Source: Methanobacteriota archaeon | GTDB taxonomy: Archaea; Thermoplasmatota; E2; DHVEG-1 | DNA: 64,000 bases | NCBI GenBank assembly: GCA_043806635.1 | Contig: JAZDGT010000033.1 | Coordinates: forward strand, 24,336-88,335 | Direction: 5' to 3' | Part shown: one piece after another, positions 59,457-64,000 of the stretch | Numbering within the stretch: the first letter of the stretch is position 1 | Layout of the letters: each line of letters starts with the position of its first letter | Notes under the pieces: generated by a model | Database searches by the model: none | The model's input: the letters and a program-made list of their open reading frames with translations, nothing else | What the model was told of the DNA's origin: nothing | Position numbers and translations under genes: made by a program

Positions 59457-60329
59457 TTATGCATCGCCTTCTTCTAACACTTTTTTCAGTTTTTTAATAA
59501 TCGTCTCAGCAGTTTTCTTCCCGATGCCGTTAATCGACATGAGTTCAATGGTATCCATCTCATAGAGTTCTTCGAGGGATTTGACCCCGGCTTTCTTCAG
59601 TTTTTTTACGACTGACGGTCCGATACCTTGAATATCCGTGATTTTTTGGATATCAGTTACTTTTTCTGCAGACGGTTCAATTACTTTTTTCTCAGGAGGG
59701 ACTTCTTTTTTGGTTTCTTCTTTCTTCGCTTCAGGTATAATCACTTTGAACTCGTCAGGAAGTTTAGCATTGGGTCTCATAATCCGGATTTTTACTCCTA
59801 ACACGCCAGGTTTCAGTTTCGCGGTTGCGTACCCGACATCCATGACTTGTTTTGCGGTTTCACCACAATACTTAATGTGTCCTTCGGTGAATTTCTCTGT
59901 TCGATGACGCTCACCCGTGAGCTTCCCAGCGATAATCACCTGGCATCCTTTCGCTCCCGCGTTCATGATTCGTCTCACCGTGGAATGTCCAGCACGTCGG
60001 AAATGCCATCCTCGTTCCAATGCCTCCGCAAGTTTCTCTGCCATGATCTGTGCGTTCACCGACGCGTTCGAACCAGCCTCCTGGATCTCGATCTGGGGGT
60101 TGTCCACATTATATCTGGTTTTAATCGTCTCGGTTAACTCTTTGATTTTCACTCCGCCTTTCCCGATAACAATACCTGGGCGTTCAACGAGGATATTAAT
60201 CCGTGTCCCAATAGGGGTTCGTTGAATAGTCATTCCACCGAATCCTGCGCCTTCTATCTCCTGAACCAAGAATTTTTTAATTAAAGATCTTTTCGTATTT
60301 TCCTTGATGAATTTCCGCTCATTCGTCAT
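59457..60329 (-). CDS. rps3: 30S ribosomal protein S3 (uS3) with C-terminal HhH domain
   Basis: RPG.VIGKGG, LERGWHFRRAG; C-terminal IQGIGP..INGIGKKTA. Confidence 0.95.
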   Translation of the reverse strand: MTNERKFIKENTKRSLIKKFLVQEIEGAGFGGMTIQRTPIGTRINILVERPGIVIGKGGVKIKELTETIKTRYNVDNPQIEIQEAGSNASVNAQIMAEKLAEALERGWHFRRAGHSTVRRIMNAGAKGCQVIIAGKLTGERHRTEKFTEGHIKYCGETAKQVMDVGYATAKLKPGVLGVKIRIMRPNAKLPDEFKVIIPEAKKEETKKEVPPEKKVIEPSAEKVTDIQKITDIQGIGPSVVKKLKKAGVKSLEELYEMDTIELMSINGIGKKTAETIIKKLKKVLEEGDA

Positions 60330-60332
60330 ACT

Positions 60333-60779
60333 TTATTCCGCCTCTTCCAGGATAATTTCAATATCGGTCGTGTTCTCATCTTTATCCGTGGCGTTTCCAT
60401 GCGCTCGGGGCATCATCCCATGGAGCGCTCGTCCGCGATACGCAGAAATATGGATGATTTTCATGTTTTCGATATCAAACCCTTTATACTCTGCATTATT
60501 CTCCGCGTTCTCTAGTATCTTCAGCATGTATTGCGCTGCTTTTTTCGGGAAACTCCCTGGACCTATCCCTTTTTGATGATGCACTTTTTGTTTATGATAG
60601 ACTGCAGGAAGCGGACGTTTTAACGCGATGATGTCCTCAAGATATTTTTTCGCTTTTTCTGTCTTCAGCCCTCGTAACGCATACGCAAGATTTACTGAAT
60701 CCTTCGGGGAACAATGGAGTTCGTACCCGTAGGCTTTCGCGGTTTTCTCAGCATCGACCTTTGTTGAATATTTCGCCAT
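60333..60779 (-). CDS. rpl22: 50S ribosomal protein L22 (uL22)
   Basis: FPKKAA, NAENNAEYKG, PRAHG.A. Confidence 0.95.
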   Translation of the reverse strand: MAKYSTKVDAEKTAKAYGYELHCSPKDSVNLAYALRGLKTEKAKKYLEDIIALKRPLPAVYHKQKVHHQKGIGPGSFPKKAAQYMLKILENAENNAEYKGFDIENMKIIHISAYRGRALHGMMPRAHGNATDKDENTTDIEIILEEAE

Positions 60780-60789
60780 AGTTCTATCC

Positions 60790-61242
60790 TCACTTCAACG
60801 GCATAAATTTGGATCCTCTGGTTGCACCAACACCAGGTCCTGTATGCTTTGGTCTCTTTCTCGTTAACGCAAACTCTCCAAGATAATGACCGACCATCTG
60901 TGGTTGAATATCCACTCGTTGGAACTCTTTCCCGGTATAGATTTCTATACGATGACCGATGAAATCAGGGAGGATAACCATGTCACGACAATGAGTTTTA
61001 ATGATGTCCCCATGTTGCGCTTTCTTTACATCCTCCAAGAGTTTGTTTTGTCTCTTCGTCAACCCTCGTTTTAAGGTTCTGCGGACACGAGACGAGAGCA
61101 ACGGCATCAGCTCATCAAGTGAAAGCCCCTGTAACTGTTCTAAAGAGAGTCCGTGATAATGGAATTCTTTTTTCCGGACCTCGACTCGTCTCCGCTGCTG
61201 TTTTTTTCTGCTTTTCGATGATCCAGGAAATACGTCTGCCAT
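60790..61242 (-). CDS. rps19: 30S ribosomal protein S19 (uS19)
   Basis: KTHCRDM, GHYLGEF, GVGATRGSKFMPLK. Confidence 0.96.
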   Translation of the reverse strand: MADVFPGSSKSRKKQQRRRVEVRKKEFHYHGLSLEQLQGLSLDELMPLLSSRVRRTLKRGLTKRQNKLLEDVKKAQHGDIIKTHCRDMVILPDFIGHRIEIYTGKEFQRVDIQPQMVGHYLGEFALTRKRPKHTGPGVGATRGSKFMPLK

Positions 61243-61249
61243 CTACTTC

Positions 61250-61954
61250 TTACCTCCGTCCAGTCCGTTTCGGTGCAATATGCCCGACTTTTCTCCCCGG
61301 TGGCGCACCACGAGAAACACTACTGGGTTTCCCGATATGCTGATGACTCCCTCCACCATGAGGATGATCAACCGGGTTCATCGCAGTCCCACGAACAATC
61401 GGGTACAGTCGTCCTTTTCTCCGTCGAGCCCAGTATTTCTTACCTGCTTTCATAAACGGTTTATCCTTCCGACCGCCACCAGCGGGGATACCAATAGTCG
61501 CTCGACACATGGAATTTAATGTTTTAAACTGACCTGAAGGAAGCCGAATACTCGTCCCCTGTGCGTCATGGGATACAATCGCCGCGTTACTCCCACCCGC
61601 ACGAACAAGCTTCCCCCCATCACCCGGTTTCATCTCTATATTATACACAGGAAACCCTTCAGGAATCTTACCAATCGGTATCACATTGCCGATCTCACAG
61701 TCTTTTTTCTCCGTAAAACGAAGCTCATGACCAACCATGATTCCCTCAGGAGCAATCATCAACGTTTTTGTGTTATTCTCCATTCGAACTCGTACCAAAG
61801 GAGACGACCGACCAGGATCATGAAGCAGTTCTTCAACCGTACCAACCGCCTCTTTATCCCGAATATATTTCACGTCCCCTCGGTTCTTATGAGACGCAAC
61901 ATTAAATCGACCCCGGACACGCCCACGTCTTTGCTGGATAAGATTCTTCCCCAT
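61250..61954 (-). CDS. rpl2: 50S ribosomal protein L2 (uL2)
   Basis: HDPGR, PGDGGKLVRAGG, AMNPVDHPHGGG. Confidence 0.97.
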   Translation of the reverse strand: MGKNLIQQRRGRVRGRFNVASHKNRGDVKYIRDKEAVGTVEELLHDPGRSSPLVRVRMENNTKTLMIAPEGIMVGHELRFTEKKDCEIGNVIPIGKIPEGFPVYNIEMKPGDGGKLVRAGGSNAAIVSHDAQGTSIRLPSGQFKTLNSMCRATIGIPAGGGRKDKPFMKAGKKYWARRRKGRLYPIVRGTAMNPVDHPHGGGSHQHIGKPSSVSRGAPPGRKVGHIAPKRTGRR

Positions 61955-61966
61955 AGTTCACCTTCC

Positions 61967-62224
61967 TTAGAATATACCAATCCTCATGCCAATATCCTCG
62001 GCTTTCACCTCAGGCATGAATATCACTAACGCATGTTTCCCATCTTTCGCAATCTTCGTATTCACTGTTTTCACCTTCACCTCAAACATCCGCTCAATCG
62101 CTTTTTTAATCTGCAGTTTCGTCGCATTCCGTTTCACCACAAACTCTAACGCGTTATTGTTCTCCATCTGATTCATCGTCTTCTCAGTCACATACGGATG
62201 AAAAATAATATCAAAAGGATCCAT
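61967..62224 (-). CDS. rpl23: 50S ribosomal protein L23 (uL23)
   Basis: P.VTEK, ATK.QIKKA.E..F.VKV..VNT. Confidence 0.95.
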   Translation of the reverse strand: MDPFDIIFHPYVTEKTMNQMENNNALEFVVKRNATKLQIKKAIERMFEVKVKTVNTKIAKDGKHALVIFMPEVKAEDIGMRIGIF

Positions 62225-62226
62225 AC

Positions 62227-62988
62227 CTACTTCACACCCCCAATCTGTTTCAACGCAGACGCAGTCAACACCGTTAACCGTCCCGCAATCCCCCCCGGAG
62301 CAAGATACTCAACATTTATCATATTCGGTGAAATAATATCAACACCCATCAGATTCCGAGAGCTTTTCTTAATCTCCGGTTTCGTCGACACAATCAACAC
62401 GGATTTCGGCGTCCGGTATTTTCGTCCTCGTCGTTTCCCTTTCCCTGCACGAATATGCTTCCCATTCACCGAGCGAAGAACATCATCATACACACCAATT
62501 TTCTGCAAAATAGCAACGACATCCTTCGTCTTCTTCACTTTCTCAAACGCATCATCAACAACAATCGGTAACGTAAGTTTCTCATCAAATCGATGACCCC
62601 GCGTAAAAACAAGGGTTTTATCCATGGTGGCTGCTAACGCTGAATTCCGCGCGAACATCCCCTCTTTTTTATTCATTTTCTCCTTCCAATTCCGCTCGAC
62701 CTTCGGAGGATGCGCACGACGACCACCCACCACACAAGGAGCTAACGCCGCAGTACGCCCCTGTGCTAAACGAGGGACACGAGACATACCACGACCTTTC
62801 CCAACCGAGGCAACCGAATGTTTCGCACCTGCGAGAGGATCAGAACCATACGGTTGTCGTTTATTCGAAGACAGAACCCAAAACGATTTTTTAATCAGAT
62901 CTGGACGATATGGTGTCTGAAATACTACGGGTAAATCGATTTTCTCTTTTACAGAACCATCCATACCATACACATTCACCTTTGTCAT
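62227..62988 (-). CDS. rpl4: 50S ribosomal protein L4 (uL4)
   Basis: GRGMSRVPR, GGRRAHPP, RAGKGKRRGR, LAPGG.AGRL. Confidence 0.96.
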   Translation of the reverse strand: MTKVNVYGMDGSVKEKIDLPVVFQTPYRPDLIKKSFWVLSSNKRQPYGSDPLAGAKHSVASVGKGRGMSRVPRLAQGRTAALAPCVVGGRRAHPPKVERNWKEKMNKKEGMFARNSALAATMDKTLVFTRGHRFDEKLTLPIVVDDAFEKVKKTKDVVAILQKIGVYDDVLRSVNGKHIRAGKGKRRGRKYRTPKSVLIVSTKPEIKKSSRNLMGVDIISPNMINVEYLAPGGIAGRLTVLTASALKQIGGVK

Positions 62989-62992
62989 CGTC

Positions 62993-63985
62993 TTACACCC
63001 CTTGTTTACTCATGGTAGACACATAGGAAATCTCAGGTTTCTCAACTTTCACACCACGTTTATACCGGATAGCATCACGCATACTCACCATGCGTTTCGT
63101 AGGACCAGGAATAGACCCGTGAAGGAGAACATACGAATTCCGAACCACACCATACTGAGGGAATCCTCCCGCAGGTGTGATCTCCTCTCCTTTCTCACCA
63201 ATTTTCAGGACACGTTTGTTATACTCAGTTCTTTGATGATACCCGGTTTGTCCTGCTTGAGGAACCGTCGCCTGTATCCAGTTCGGATGCCAGGAACCAG
63301 CAGTACCAATCATACGTCGATGTTTCGAGTTTTTATGAAAAAGCAGTTTCACTCCCCACCGTTTCACGACACCTTGGAATCCTTTCCCTTTCGTCACCGC
63401 GATGATATCCAACATGTCTCCTTCTTTCACCGCATCATTAATCGTGATATCTTTCCCGAGGATGTCTTTCGCATAGGCAGCTTGTTGTTCGAAGGTTCCG
63501 CCACTGACCCGTACTTCTCGTATCTCCGGTTTCTTTTTTGGTATACTCGTGACCAGTTTAGGTTGTGTGTACACGAGAACTCGGAGTTCATCGAAGTCTT
63601 TCAGGAGCTCCCAGTTTTTCTTGACATCTTTTTTAGGGAGTGGTAAACGTTTTGATAATTCAGGATCAAGTTTCTCCGCCCAGATTTCACCAGTGGTATG
63701 TAAACCGTGATGAGTTCTTTTATACACGCGAATCGCAGCGATTTTTATCGGCGGAGTCTCCACAACAGACACCGGCATGATGACTTCTCGCCCTGATGTG
63801 GTTGACGTCGGACGATAATCGACAATGAATGCATGGGTCATCCCTGCTTTATAGCCAAGGAATCCTTGGATCTTTGGTTTTTCTCCGCCTTCAGGCCAAC
63901 TCGTGATATGCGGAGTCTCCGCTCGTGCTCGTTTTCGGGGTGAATACCCATGGGATCCTCTTTTTGGATGGTGTATATCCGGCAT
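62993..63985 (-). CDS. rpl3: 50S ribosomal protein L3 (uL3)
   Basis: GYKAGMTH, TKGKGFQG.VKRWG, GQ.GYHQRTEYNKR. Confidence 0.97.
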   Translation of the reverse strand: MPDIHHPKRGSHGYSPRKRARAETPHITSWPEGGEKPKIQGFLGYKAGMTHAFIVDYRPTSTTSGREVIMPVSVVETPPIKIAAIRVYKRTHHGLHTTGEIWAEKLDPELSKRLPLPKKDVKKNWELLKDFDELRVLVYTQPKLVTSIPKKKPEIREVRVSGGTFEQQAAYAKDILGKDITINDAVKEGDMLDIIAVTKGKGFQGVVKRWGVKLLFHKNSKHRRMIGTAGSWHPNWIQATVPQAGQTGYHQRTEYNKRVLKIGEKGEEITPAGGFPQYGVVRNSYVLLHGSIPGPTKRMVSMRDAIRYKRGVKVEKPEISYVSTMSKQGV

Positions 63986-64000
63986 ATATGATACCCTCTA

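Overview
Archaeal chromosomal segment. The evidence is an archaeal ribosomal superoperon (S4e, L32e, L19e, aIF1, RNase P p29), RFC, prefoldin, ArcS, RpoK and archaeal-type tRNAs. Gene content suggests Thermoplasmatota, possibly a sediment MBG-D/Thermoprofundales-like lineage (inference). The right third (44-64 kb) is housekeeping. Two things stand out. (1) A bacterial-type glutaminyl-tRNA synthetase, an enzyme classically considered absent from archaea, sits between two co-oriented tRNA-Gln genes (CTG and TTG). These have archaeal bodies (A1-U72) but a G73 discriminator, while a third tRNA-Gln(CTG) 8 kb away has the usual archaeal A73. (2) Two tRNA genes (Val-TAC and Ser-GCT) each head a tandem array of cargo units. 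Each unit is closed by a copy of the tRNA 3' end, usually preceded by a conserved 50-60 bp non-coding motif, and no integrase is encoded in the window. Cargo includes a DUF488 conflict-type pair, a putative homoserine-catabolic operon with an orphan enzyme, an Mrp/Mbh-type antiporter, a PIN toxin-antitoxin pair and a glycosyltransferase. Several small ORFs missing from the ORF track (S14, an RHH protein, a basic 23-aa peptide), an OsmC pseudogene and a hairpin sRNA candidate were read directly from the sequence. All family assignments are by motif recognition only; no searches were run.
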